Below, one piece after another: positions 51,400 through 63,342 of a DNA stretch of 64,000 nt. The position numbers were made by a program, and so were the translations under genes. Under the pieces are notes generated by a model that worked only from the letters and a program-made list of their open reading frames with translations, did not search any database and was not told the origin of the DNA. Numbering within the stretch: the stretch's first letter is position 1; each line of letters begins with the position of its first letter. The stretch is from NCBI RefSeq assembly GCF_000143415.4, contig NW_003314261.1:1103674-1167673 (forward strand). Direction: 5' to 3'. Source of the stretch: Selaginella moellendorffii. Its lineage: Eukaryota > Plantae > Lycopodiophyta.

Positions 51400-52510
51400 T
51401 ATGGATCAGCAACCTAGAAGCGCTTCTGGAGGTGGCGGAATCATCGCCAGATCGCAAGAGGATCAGGCATTTCAAGGATCTGCCGCAGGTCCAGAGGCTC
51501 CATCGACTGATCTCTTCCAGCGATGACGATGGCAGGCTTGACGATGGAGATTTCTTCTTCGCGGGTAAGCTCCTCGACACGTACTTGAAATGTGGCGCGG
51601 TGGAAGACGCCAGGGACGTCTTTTCTCGTCTTCCTTCGCGGGGAGTGATAGCTTGGACTAGAATGATCGCCGGATTCATCGAGCAGGGTGATGAAGAATC
51701 AGCCATGATTTTCTACTTCCAGTGCAAAGAGATGGAGTCAAGCCCGACCACTTCACGCTCGTCACGATCTTAAATCTCTGTCAGGCTCCAGAGGATCTGG
51801 AGCTGGGGATTGGGATCCACAGGAGGATCGTGAGAATGTTGTGGTCGGGAATGCACTGATTGGGATGTACCCGAGGTGTGGAAGTCCAGAGCTCGCCAAG
51901 AGAGTGTTTGATAGGCTGGTTTACCGCGACTTAGAGACTTGGAACGGTATTCTCTCGGCCTTCTCTCAAGAACAGGATGGTTCCAGTGACACTTTCCAGA
52001 TCTTCCGGACAATGCTGCTGGAAGGGACGGCTCCAAATCGGCGGAGTTTCGTCACCATTTTGGAAGCTTGCTCGAGCTCGAGAGATTTGTCAAAGGGACG
52101 GGAGATCCGTGTGGGTTTACAGGGCTGTGAACTCGACTCGAACAGCTTCGTAGCTGCAGCACTGATTAACTTTTATAGTCGGTGCGGGGATTTGGACGGA
52201 GCACGGAGAGTTTTCTCGGGAGTTTGAGAGCAAGATGTGGTTTTGTGGACGAGCACGGGATCAGCCAACTCACAACACGACCAAGGTGGCCTCTACAGAA
52301 GAATGCAACTAGAGGGATTCCATTCAAACGAAGTTACTACTCAATGCTCTTGCTAGCGAAGAGTTCTCTTGGGCTTTGGAAAGAGCTCGTGATGGAGGCT
52401 GGATTTATCTCGCACAGGTTTGTCCGCACCTCTCTCGTCAATTCTTTCGGGAGATCCGGGAGACTAGCCGAAGCTTGCAGGATCTTTGACGAACACTGCG
52501 ATGAGAAGGA
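51400..52510 (+). pseudogene. PLS-class PPR pseudogene (frameshifted, truncated)
   Basis: LLDTYLKCGAVEDARDVF..WTRMIAGF, NALIGMYPRCGS..AKRVFD and AALINFYSRCGDLDGARRVF lie in different frames. Confidence 0.85.
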
Positions 52511-52939
52511 AATATTTTTATATTTATAAAAAAATAAATCTTCAGTGTCCACAAGGTGAAAAGCTAAATTACCTTCTTTGGATGAGGTTTGTGAAGCTTT
52601 AAAGGTTAAATTGTATCTTCAAATGCTTCATAGATATGAGAATTTGCTAATGAATTATTGTTTTGATATTTATATATTCTTAATATCACCTTAAAGACAA
52701 CTTTTTTTACTTTGTGAGGATTGTTTTTTATGACCATTTAGATGTCAAGAAGGAAGCCCTTTCATATGGAAACATGTGTTTGCATACTGATATCATCTGG
52801 ACAATGTTTAAGCACAACATCTAGAAAATTCACTGATGCTATCACAGTTAGCTTCTCAAGAATAGAAGGAAAAGAGAGAGAAGATGGCAGCATTACTATG
52901 AACTATTTCAAAGTTGTAAATTTGAAATTTCATAGCCTA

Positions 52940-53160
52940 ACAAATAATAAAGCCAACCAAATTCTCCTCTCAATTAGCATTTAATCCTTCTATGCTATGG
53001 AGTAATTCATTTTTATCGGCTAAAATGTATAACCAATGTATGCAATTGGATGATGTTGAGCAAACACACTCATATTCTCTTGCATTAAAACACCATTGAG
53101 ACCAATGTTACACACTAGCAAGATCAGCATAATCAGAAAATATACCAAAAATGGACTAGT
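52940..53160 (-). mobile_element. Second hypermutated Ty3/gypsy RNase H relic, same family as 46545-47150
   Basis: The minus strand reads CNIGLNGVLMQENMSVFAQHHPIAYIGYTF*PIKMNYSI; its DNA is similar to 46560-46680. Confidence 0.7.
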
Positions 53161-53674
53161 CATGAGTTTACAAATGCCTGCTCATAATTTTCTGACCAAA
53201 CCAAAGATGACATCTACATGCATCACAATCAGAGAGTTGTCTAATGAATTAATTTAGACATTGCATTTTGCCAAGAGAATGTTCCTCTTTGGCATACAAT
53301 ACAGGACTTCAGAATGGTCACAACTTTATCATAACAGACTTTGTCTGAAATACAAATAAATGGTTGACAAATTAAAACTTCATTTATTATATGAAATCAA
53401 ACTTGATAAACCATCTCCACCCCATGTGTCATGCTAGGCAAATAAGGTGGTAAGTTTATAAAGTGACAATCCTTCAAAAATTGTGCATGTGCAGTTTCAA
53501 GCATGAACAAGCAAGAATGGATTACACTGCTTACTTGTCAATATTGCCTATTTTGACTTTAGTTTTTATCAGATTGGATTTAGTTTTGGGCTCCCATCAA
53601 TGAAAAATAATAATAATAATAATCATAATAAAGAAAATGAAACTCTAAATGGATATACTCAACTTAAACCAAGA

Positions 53675-55385
53675 TTATAATGAGGCACTAGCAATTTTTC
53701 CAGAGTAACCAAAATGCTCCAAAAGCTCCTCATTCTTTCTCCAATCTTCCTTCACTTTAACTTTGATCTACTAAGACAAAGTCGTAGAAATAAAGAGATT
53801 AGGGAATACAAGAACTCAAATACCTCCAAGTAGCATTTCCTATCAACAAAATCCTCGATGTCCAGACGAGCAGCAGTAGCCAGAGTTTTTAAAGCCTTTC
53901 CTTCCTGAAATTCTTTAAGAACTCAATGAGATCAGACTGGATTTTTTTTTTCTTCACATACCTTCCCCAGCAAAATTGCCTTCTGCGACTCTTTCTCGAC
54001 TAAAATCTCGATCTCTATAAAGTCCTTTGCGGGTGCTTCCCTTTCAACGTAGCGCACTACATTGACCTGGTAGACAGAAGAGAAGTTTGATGCAAGCAAT
54101 AAACTTATTCGAAATCACCTGAGAACAGTATGGGATCTCCTCCCGATATAGTTGAAAAATCTTCTCGCGGAAGATCTCCGAGACAAAGAAACGTTCTTGA
54201 TGCTCGCTCACAATATCCTGCATAGAAGTGTTACTCTAATCGCTGAAGCAGTCCAGCCTTACCCGTGGATAGTATGCGGGGCCGAGTGGAAGCTTGGAAA
54301 CCAGCCACTGCTTCACTTCTTCAATTCCAAGCCCAAACTTGGCGCTCACTGGTATGACTTCGTCCATCCCGCTGTTCTTCTCATACCACTAACATTCACA
54401 AGCCTGCTATCAGAACAAACACTTCAAGAATTCAACACACAGACATATTCAAACAAACGGTACCTCTTGCTTCTTTTGTATCTCGCTTTGCTTCACTTTG
54501 TCTTTCTTGTTGAGCACCAGGAGCGTTGGCTTGGATTTTATGAGATTGACAGCACCTTCATCCAGAGTCCCAAGAACCTGAGAGAGCGAGCAGGAAAAAA
54601 AAAGGAGTCAGCGAAAACCATGTTTTTTTGTAAGAATAGACTGTAACTTACTTGCTCAGGAGGATGGCAAATATCCGCGATCAGGAGGAGGCAATCGGAA
54701 TTGATAGTGGCGCTTCGCACACTTTTCATCATCAATTCGTCGAGCTTGTGCATTTGTTTTGTGATCACTCCAGGCGTATCATACAGTATCATCTGAGAGG
54801 AGAGCACAATCAGTAGATATAGCAGCCAAGAACACACGCACGAGAAAAAAGAAAGAGCAAGAGACTCACTTGGTAGTTGGGACCAGAGCAAATTCCCAGA
54901 ATTCGGTGGCGTGTTGTTTGCGGCTTTGCTGTGACAATGGAAAGCTTTTGTCCAATGATACCATTGAGAAGAGTGCTCTTTCCCACATTCGGTTTTCCTA
55001 TGAGCGCAACGTATCCTGATTGGAATTTGGAGCAATCAGCCACGAAAGAGAGCAGGAAATCCAAGAAAGAATTACCACTGCGATGATCGGCCGCGACTTT
55101 CATGTCGTCGTGCGCGACATTCTCCCCATCCTCCTCCTGGTGGATAATCTCATCCGCAAGACTCTCGCGATTAGCCCGCTTCACGACCTCCTCCACCGCA
55201 GCTCTTCGATTGGGCTTCTCGGACAAAACAAATATCGTCTTCTCCTGCGGCTTCTCTTGATCATCCTCCTCCCTCACGGCGGCCCTCACCGCGACGCAGC
55301 AAATCGTCCGCCTGCTGCGCGGAAATCCACACTCCCTGTGAGGAAATCGCCATCCATCGCTCGCGAACGCCTCAGCAGCGAGCAT
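53675..55385 (-). CDS. ERA: ERA-family GTPase (organellar, likely plastid), multi-exon
   Basis: [31 protein letters not shown], and a KH-domain C-terminus VKVKEDWR. Confidence 0.93.
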
Positions 55386-55636
55386 CGCTCAGCTAGAACC
55401 CTAAATCTTATCTCCCGTGCTTTGATCCTGTCCGTCCATCTCGTAGCCGTTATTTCGGAATATAATCTAGGGCGACTTTGTCCACATGTCACTTGGGGCA
55501 ATTGCTGCGGGTCTTTAGGCGCTGGATGAGCGATCCAAGGATCTAAACGAGTAAGTTTCTTGTTGCTAGATGGATCAATCACGCGATTGCCTGGCGATCC
55601 TTCAGATTGCGGCAGCATTTCGACCGATTTCGAGCC

Positions 55637-57577
55637 ATGGACATCAAGACGCTCGAGGAGCTCGTCGCAGACGGCGATTCTAGCCTGGAGAACAAGAAGG
55701 AGGCGGTAATCCACTCCATTGAAGCGGGATCGAGAACAGATACCGAGAACAGCAGCTTGGAGCCTACTGAAGCTCTCAAGGTTTTCTTTGATCGGGTCCC
55801 TTTGTTCTCCATCCCAGGGATTGATAACGATAGAGGTATGGTTTCATGTTTGTGTTTGTCGCATGCCTAGAACGGTCTCTTACATTTTTATTTTTTTCTT
55901 GGTCCCTGTTTGTTTCTTTTTCTTCTTTTTGGTTCGTGGCTACAGTGGTGGAGCTTGAAGCCAGTGACACGATGGTTTCGGCGATCACATACCTGTACAA
56001 AAACAAGCTTTTAGGCGCACCTGTGCGAGACGATCGACTGCCAGTAAATTCACCACTGGCTGATAAATACATTGGACTCGTGGATTTTTCAGGGATGGTG
56101 CTTTGGGCTCTTCAGGTTTGTCACTTCTTCTCTTTTTATTCCTTTTAGCCAACTTATGACTTCCTTTCTTCTCAGGAGCTAGAGGTCGAGGAGAGACAAG
56201 CAGAGGTGGCAGGATTAGTGATCACTCAACGAACCAAAACTGCGTCACAGGCCAAGGACAAGGAATTTAGTGAAAAGGATGAAGGTGGAATGGGAGCGAA
56301 ATTTGTGCAGTCCGGATTTCTTGACTTGATTCAACAGCTCGATGCTGTCAAATCTGCAAAGGTATAAATTTCCAGGTAATCTCGATTTTGTTAATGAACC
56401 GATAAAAACTTATTTGCGCCTGTGTGTAGTTGGGAACTCTAGCACAGTCGTTTCGCTGGGGGCCATTTCTACCGGTTAAGCACGATGATACACTCTTGCA
56501 CGTATTGCTGCTACTGTCTAGACACAGGCTTAAAGCTGTCCCGGTGATCGATAGTCAAGATCGATTAGTAAGAGGCTTCGTCACCCAGGTAATTGAGAAC
56601 AATGTCTTTTGAGTCGGCACTATTCTTTTCTTTTCTTTCCAGAACGCTGCAGTACAGCTGCTTCTTCAATGTAGTGGACTCACTTGGTTTGATACTATAG
56701 CGAATAAGCCTCTCACGGAGCTACGGTATGTAGTCGATTTTTCTTTCTCTTTTGCATCCCATGTTGCCTGGTGCTGCCTTCTTGCGTGCGTAAATCAATA
56801 TATGCGTTCAGTCGACTGGGTTGCTTGAGCAATGTAAATGAAACTGTCAGAAAGTTGAGGTATGCTCAGCAGGAACATTTATTCAAGTTTTTTCTAAACC
56901 AGGCTCTTGTTTTTCTGACAGAGCACAACTAGGACTTGGAGCATCAGAGGTTGTCTGCGTTAATCACGACGACGTGATTCTAGACGCAATGACAACAATG
57001 TGGAAGTTCAGGATAAGTAGCGTCCCTGTTGTGGAGAGAGAGAGCAGGCGTCTCATTGGAAATGTTCGAGGCACGGATGTGCTGCTCATGATCGAAAAAC
57101 CCGAGCTCTTTCATCAAAGAAGGTATGGAAAACTACTATTCAACGTTTCTACTTCGTTGTTTGTCTAGAACGCTCACGGTGGAGAAGTACATGGAGGTGG
57201 AAGCAGAATGGAACCAGAGTGACGTGCTCAGCAACGATGTACCTTTGCAAGAAGAGATCGGCGCATCGATATGTGCGGGAACACTGAGCCTGGGGACCAT
57301 AGCTCTTCCAAGAATGCTGGATCCTGTCAAGTCTAAGGCCGGGGACACGCTCAAACAGACCATGGAGAAGCTTGTCCATGCCAGGAGCGATAGGAGTTTC
57401 GTGGTGGATGACAAGCTTTGCATCGTGGGAGTCATCACGCTCAGGGACATCATCAACCAGTTTGCTCCTCCGCTTGTGGAACCTCCCACGCAGTGGAGTG
57501 GCTTCTTCGAGAGTGCTTTGCAGCTCACGGGATCTTCGCTTGAAAGTCCCGAAGAATCAACACCATACTGGAGCTGA
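55637..57577 (+). CDS. CBS-domain protein, SnRK1 gamma-subunit-like, multi-exon
   Basis: FFDRVPLFSIPG, YIGLVDFSGMVLWAL, FRWGPFLPVK..LLLLSRHRLKAVPVID and VGVITLRDII. Confidence 0.88.
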
Positions 57578-57685
57578 AAGAGCAGTGAGAAACAATTGAT
57601 ATACAGAAAAAATCCAGCTTCCATTCACCTCATGTTTATGGCCGCGTCGAGAAATAATCAAAGAATGAACCAATAGTATTCGTTG

Positions 57686-59933
57686 TTATTGGCACCACAA
57701 GTGTTTTTTGTGTGGAAAGGCTTTGGTTTTCGTTTTCTTCACGGACGCCTGCCTTTCAGCTAACAAAGATGGTCTTTCAATCTGTAAGCAAGCTTTGACC
57801 GATCAGCCAAAGGAAACAAAGAGAAAGGATAGGGCGTCCGACCTGGTATACTTTGCCGTGTCGTAAATGGTAGCGTACTCCGGCCCAGTCGATGAACTGA
57901 GACCAATGAGAATAGACAGCAGACACGGGATAGAGAAAATTGTCCACGACCATTGCAACAAAAACCTGTCAAAGACAAGGCACTGATCTGTATGATAGTT
58001 TTCTTTGAAAGTTGCGCTCACCATAAACCAGTTGTAAGTCTTGATGGACACTGGCGGCTTTTCAGGAGATAGCTCGTTGCAGAGACTTATTATCACGGCC
58101 GAGAGACGCTGCAACGACAGTGACTCAATCACGGAGCAAATGGCTACAATCCCAGCCATCACAAGTCCTGCCAGAAGATAAGAATAAAATAAAAAAAATG
58201 ATCCGTGAGTGAATGAATGGGACAGAAGGCAAACCTGTCCTGTACGCTATAGCTGCATCCGGAGATGGACAAAGCATCGCCCTGAATGCCACGGCCAGTT
58301 GCGCGATCACGAGCACGTATGGAGCTACGAAACTCCACGACAGCCAACAATGCGAGAAGAACAATGCCCGGTTCATAAGCCAGTTAACTTGCGAGTTGTA
58401 GGACTCCAGAACAAATGTCTGCTTTCGCAAATAGTTCCAGTACCTGCGAGAAAGGAGAGCGCACCGTTAACACCATCTCAAAACTAAAATATCACCTCGA
58501 AAAGCTTAAGTTTTGAGACAGTGGATGGAAGAACACAGCCACGGGAGGTGAGCTGATTACTCGATGATGTGCACCTGCGACCATCAGTTTCACGTATCAA
58601 AACAAAACTCGCGATTTTTCTTGTTTTTTTTTTGTTACCGGCCACAGCAGCAAGAGTCATATCGTCGGAATAGCCACCATTTTGCAGCCCTGTCACCATA
58701 TTATAACGATCTTGACGGAAATCTTCTGCATGCATCTAGAATTAAAACACCACTTGTTAAGCCCTCCGAGAAAACTTGAAAATCTCGGTATACCATCATG
58801 CATCCGCCCCACAAAAAGAAAGTTCTTCCACCGGTCGCAAAACCAATTGAACAGGGCTGATAATCGTCTTGATATCAGTATCTGGAGAGCAAAATTTTCA
58901 AAGTCTTTACCATATGGTACTCATATATGCAATAGCTTCCGAGGCTTCCAGACGGTATGTCAAACGGATAGCCTGTGAGAACAAAAATCTGCACGCCTGG
59001 TGACGATCTAGACGGAAAACATGAGCTCAAATTACCTCCGGAGTCATTTTATCAACGAGCGCTCCGACTGTGCCGGGGTGAAGCTGCACGTCGTCGTCCA
59101 GAAAGAGAACGTATTTGCTCTCCTTGTGCATGGCAGAAATTCCAGCCTTTAAAACCAAACACGAAGATTTTCTTTTAAAGAAACATTCTGTGAAGACGAC
59201 GAACTTACCAGCTGGTTGTGAATTTTCTGGCTGCAAGTTGCGGACAAGCCGGCTACCAAAACTTTTGCCAGGACATCATCCTGCAAGTGTCAGCATGCGC
59301 GATAAAATCTTCTCACAAGTTCAGAAAAGAAGGATACAATACCTTGAGCTCATAGATCAACTTTGATATCGCCGCATAAGCTGGATCTTTCATGCTCTCG
59401 ACGACGATGATAAACTCGAGCGGACCTCCATACAACGATATAAGCTAGAAAAAAGAAAGAAAAATTAGCACTAGAAAACCAAGGAGTGAAGAGCATGATT
59501 TTCTACCTGGCTCCGCCAATTTCTAATCGTGTGTTCGCCAAATCCCTTGACGGGCATCACCACAGTCACGCGTGGTAGCATCGCTTGAGCACCATGCTCG
59601 AAACTCTCCACATCAACGTTGAGAAATGCAAGACTATTTCCATTTCGTTGCGCCCTCTTCATTTTCGCGAGCTCTCGCCCCCTACAGAATCCAATGCTGG
59701 CAATGTCAATCCCCACTGCACGAGAATCCATTGCGCAAAAGACCATCAATCACTGACCTTATCATCGTCGCGAATGCCCAGCCCATCGCCAGCGCCAAGT
59801 AAATGACGCATCCCTGGAAGAGCATTGGCAATGCACATTGAATCAACGAGTCACTTACCTGGATCTGGATCGCGACGGCCACCGGATGCGTGGCGAGAGC
59901 GCTGGCCACTCCAAACCACGAATCCAGATCCAT
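57686..59933 (-). CDS. GCS: Glucosylceramide synthase (GT21/GT2-like), multi-exon
   Basis: N-terminal TM, LPRVTVVMPVKGFGEH, CSQKIHNQL, YVLFLDDDV, GGYSDDMTLAA and YLRKQTFVLESY. Confidence 0.9.
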
Positions 59934-60515
59934 CGCCTACTCCAGCTCAACCAGATCTAGTGAATCAATAAGGGCTTCTCTTCCGACAAGGAAAACCTTT
60001 ACTTTTCTTTCCCGCCCTAGGTCAAACACGACTATGTTGTTTTAAGGATTTATGATTAAGTTAATTAAACCTGTTTAACCAAAAATAGCTGGTCTTTTCA
60101 AAGCATAGAAAAAAATTAAAAAATATGCCTCCTTTTTGGCTAGTATACAAATACAAAGGCCTAGCTAGGCAGCATTTTGCTCAAGGCTGCGTCCTTAAAG
60201 AAAAGAGCTATGGACGAGGAAATTTGAGCTCCCTTTTCCAGACAGGGCGACAAAAGCCACGGTCTTTTCTTCACGTCCTTTCACCACGGCCAGCGGCGAG
60301 ACATGGAATTTGGAAGAGAGATCTCTCTCGCTGCGGCCTGCGAAAGATTTCCAAGAGAGAGATGGAGAGGAAAAAACCGGAGGGAGCGAGATGAATCCAT
60401 GACATTTTTTCTGCGCCTGCATGTAGTGGTCTGCAAAGGAAACAAAAGACACAAAGATGAGACTTGAAAGACAAAGGATCGTTCAGTCACTTACAGCTTC
60501 TTCCAGCAGCTGCTG

Positions 60516-60841
60516 CTAAGGAAAATGTCTAGAACGGCGCGTCCGAGGAGGCCGCCTTTCATAGCCCGAGTAAATGTAATCGATGTCTTCCTCCTGCTGC
60601 GTTCTTGTCTCCTCTACCATTCTCCTCCAAACAGCATCATTGCTGCGATTGATGCTACTACTGCTCGCTCTGGCTTCAGCGTAGGCCACGGTGCTCTCTG
60701 CTACTCCAGTTTGCGAGAAGAAGAGATCTGCAAAAGACGCGAGGTGAGAGAAACAAGAGATGTTTTCGAAGTACCTGATCTGGACGAGCAAACGAGCTGC
60801 AAGAGAAGGAGAAACCAGACGAGCCTGGAAGTGAGCAGCAT
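60516..60841 (-). CDS. Small secreted peptide precursor (92 aa), phytosulfokine-like / DY-type sulfopeptide candidate; exons 60841-60775 and 60727-60516
   Basis: Signal peptide MLLTSRLVWFLLLLQLVCSS; a 47-nt phase-1 GT-AG intron restores the frame; WRRMVEE...EEDIDYIYSG; an additional GT-AG intron in the 3' UTR (about 60432-60494). Confidence 0.6.
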
Positions 60842-61369
60842 TGAAGTGGAAGAGGAGAAAGAAAAGAAGGAAGTGCTGAGAGGCAGTGAGGAGAGAGGAG
60901 AAACCATCAAAGCCTCCTCTTTGGCTGCCCGAGAGAGAGCGAGAGGAAAAGGAGCTTGGAGCGTATGCGTATGCGTATGCGTGTGTATGTATGTATAGCT
61001 GGCCGCCTGTACAAGCATACACACACAACAGCATAGTCAGAAGAAGGAATGTAGAATGTCAACGGGTGGCTCACTCAAAAACCAAGTCGCTTTCGCCAAA
61101 ATCGTTGTTCCGTACGACGTCACGGGCCATGGCGTGCGTGGGAATATACGGCCAGTGCGCTCTCGGCACGGCCTGGAAGCTTTGGTATCCCGAGGCAAAG
61201 TTTCTCGAAGGCCACTGCTTTGAGAGAGCTGCAAAACAAACGAGTTTAATAACAATTGTTATGCGGGAAAGCAATGCGGGCGAGCGAAAGAAAAGAGATG
61301 TTTAGAGTACCGATGACTGATGGTAGTGGTGTGGTGTGGTTTTTTACGACGAAGATACAGCTTTGTGTC

Positions 61370-61815
61370 GCTTGCTGCTTTTACTCGTCCCGTCCTCCTC
61401 TGGGTTTGTAAGTGTGAAGGAAGAAGCTTCTGATGCCGAGACAGCTCCGCAATGAATAGAACTTGCCAGCGTTGGCTTCAAGACGAGCGAACCAATCTGT
61501 CAAAGACACCAAAACAGAACGGAGTATCAGCGAAGTTCGAATGTTTGGAAGAAAGAAAAGCCGAAAGAAAAAGAGAAAAGAGAATGACCGTGACCGAGAG
61601 CCTGAACGACTTTGATAGCTTAGATTCCCCTGAAAGCCACAGTCTTTGTGCCACTCTCATTGCTCATCAAAGGACGTTGCCGGCTGCTTGACCAACGAAG
61701 CGATAAGTTTAAAATGTGTGTGAGAGCGAACCTGGCAGGCGAGCGTCAAAATGCAACGGCATGGTGCTTGTCAAGCGAGAATAGCGAGGCGCATGCAGCA
61801 AACTTTGGACCTGTT
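61370..61815 (-). pseudogene. Diverged partial tandem duplicate of the OGG1 3' exons
   Basis: 61371-61470 matches 62071-62180 and 61730-61812 matches 62410-62492. Confidence 0.75.
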
Positions 61816-62043
61816 TTCTGTACCAAGGACCTGAGCTATTCATTTGTTATCACCGTCTTCAATCCTTAAGGAAAAACGGAAACATAAGCATCTTAGCATT
61901 GCGCCCGCAAAGTGCAAAACATTACCAGTATTCAGTAGAAATAAGTGTCTTTGTTTTAGTTTGCAACTGCTGGAAAAAAGCTGTGAAAGAAAGCGCTGTG
62001 AGAAAAGCGAAGACCAGCAAGGAAGTGAGGGTGTTTTACCATT

Positions 62044-63295
62044 TTACAAAGAAACAACATCTTCGTTGCGCTTGCTGTTTTTACTCGTTCGTGGCTTCCT
62101 CTGAGTATGTAAATGTGATGGAAGAAGCTTTTGATGCGAAGACAGCTCCGCAATGAACAGAACAGCGTGAGCCCAGCCAGCGTACGCTCCGAAACGGCTT
62201 ACAAACGCCTGCGCCACGGCGCTGTGCATTTTGGATGTGAGGCGTTGTCCGGCGAGCTCGGGTTTGAGATATTGCACGGCAATCTGTCAAAGAACAAAGA
62301 TAATTAGCAAAGACTTTGAAGAAAACTTCACAAGAACTGTGTTTTGTTGGAACCAGTCTTGTGTTCGTGCAGCAACGATTGCACGAACGAAAAACTATGT
62401 AAACATGTACCTGCCATACGTGAGTGTCAACTGGAATGGCGTCGTGTTTGTCAAGCGAAAACAGCGACACGCATGCGGCGACCTTGGGACCGATTCCAGG
62501 GAGTGTACACAGTGCAGCAGTCGCCTGTTCTAGCGATCCTTCTCTCAAGGACTTCAGCCATTCATCACCACCACTTTCCTTGGAACGCAGGGTCTCCACG
62601 GCTCCTACAATATACTTGGCTCTACAAGAAAGAGTTAGAAACAAAGAAGAAGCCACCATCTTTGCTACAAAGAAAAGAAAAGAAGGAAACCTGTATCCAA
62701 ACCCAGCGTCTCTAAGTTGTTTCTCGGTGAGGAACGATAGTTGCTCGAGCGACGGGAACTGGAAGAAGGATTGTCCATCCACGCAGCCAAGCGGAGATCC
62801 CTGAGTAGCGAGAAAATCCACCATCTTCGTTATCCTCTGGATGTGATTGTTGGAGGAGCATATAAACTGGAAGACGCATTCCACTGGATCCTGCCTCAGC
62901 ACTCTCGCCCCTTGAATGTAGGGAGCCACAGCAGCAAATCGCTCGTCCGCGGCACTGAAAGAGCTCCACAGAGCCGCCAGCGACGTATCCAGCGTGAAGA
63001 ATTCTCGCAGCGCCTCCTTGGCGCCTGGAAATTCCGTGTGGAGGCGATAGAGTGTGTCCTGCGGCGTCTGCCGGAGCGAGACGAGGTGAGGCCCCAGAGC
63101 TCCCGTGAACACGCCGGGACTTGTTTGCTTCCACAAGAATGTCTGACCTGTGAGGAGCGTGAGGGCGAGATTGAGCTCCACTGGAGGAACGCTGAGGCTC
63201 CGCCATTCTTCCCGCGCCCGCGGCTTCTTCGTGATTCTCTCCGGCGTGGCGACAGCGATCGCGAAGCTCAAGCTCCGCTTAGCGATGGGCGCCAT
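62044..63295 (-). CDS. OGG1: 8-oxoguanine DNA glycosylase/AP lyase; 3 exons
   Basis: LTLLTGQTFLW, RVLRQDPVEC..FICSSNNHI, GFGYRAKYI, HhH motif LPGIGPKVAAC, IPVDTHVWQ and YAGWAHAVLF. Confidence 0.95.
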
Positions 63296-63342
63296 TTTCT
63301 CTTTTAGGGCAGGAAGGAGGATTTAGGGTTTATGCGAGGGAA

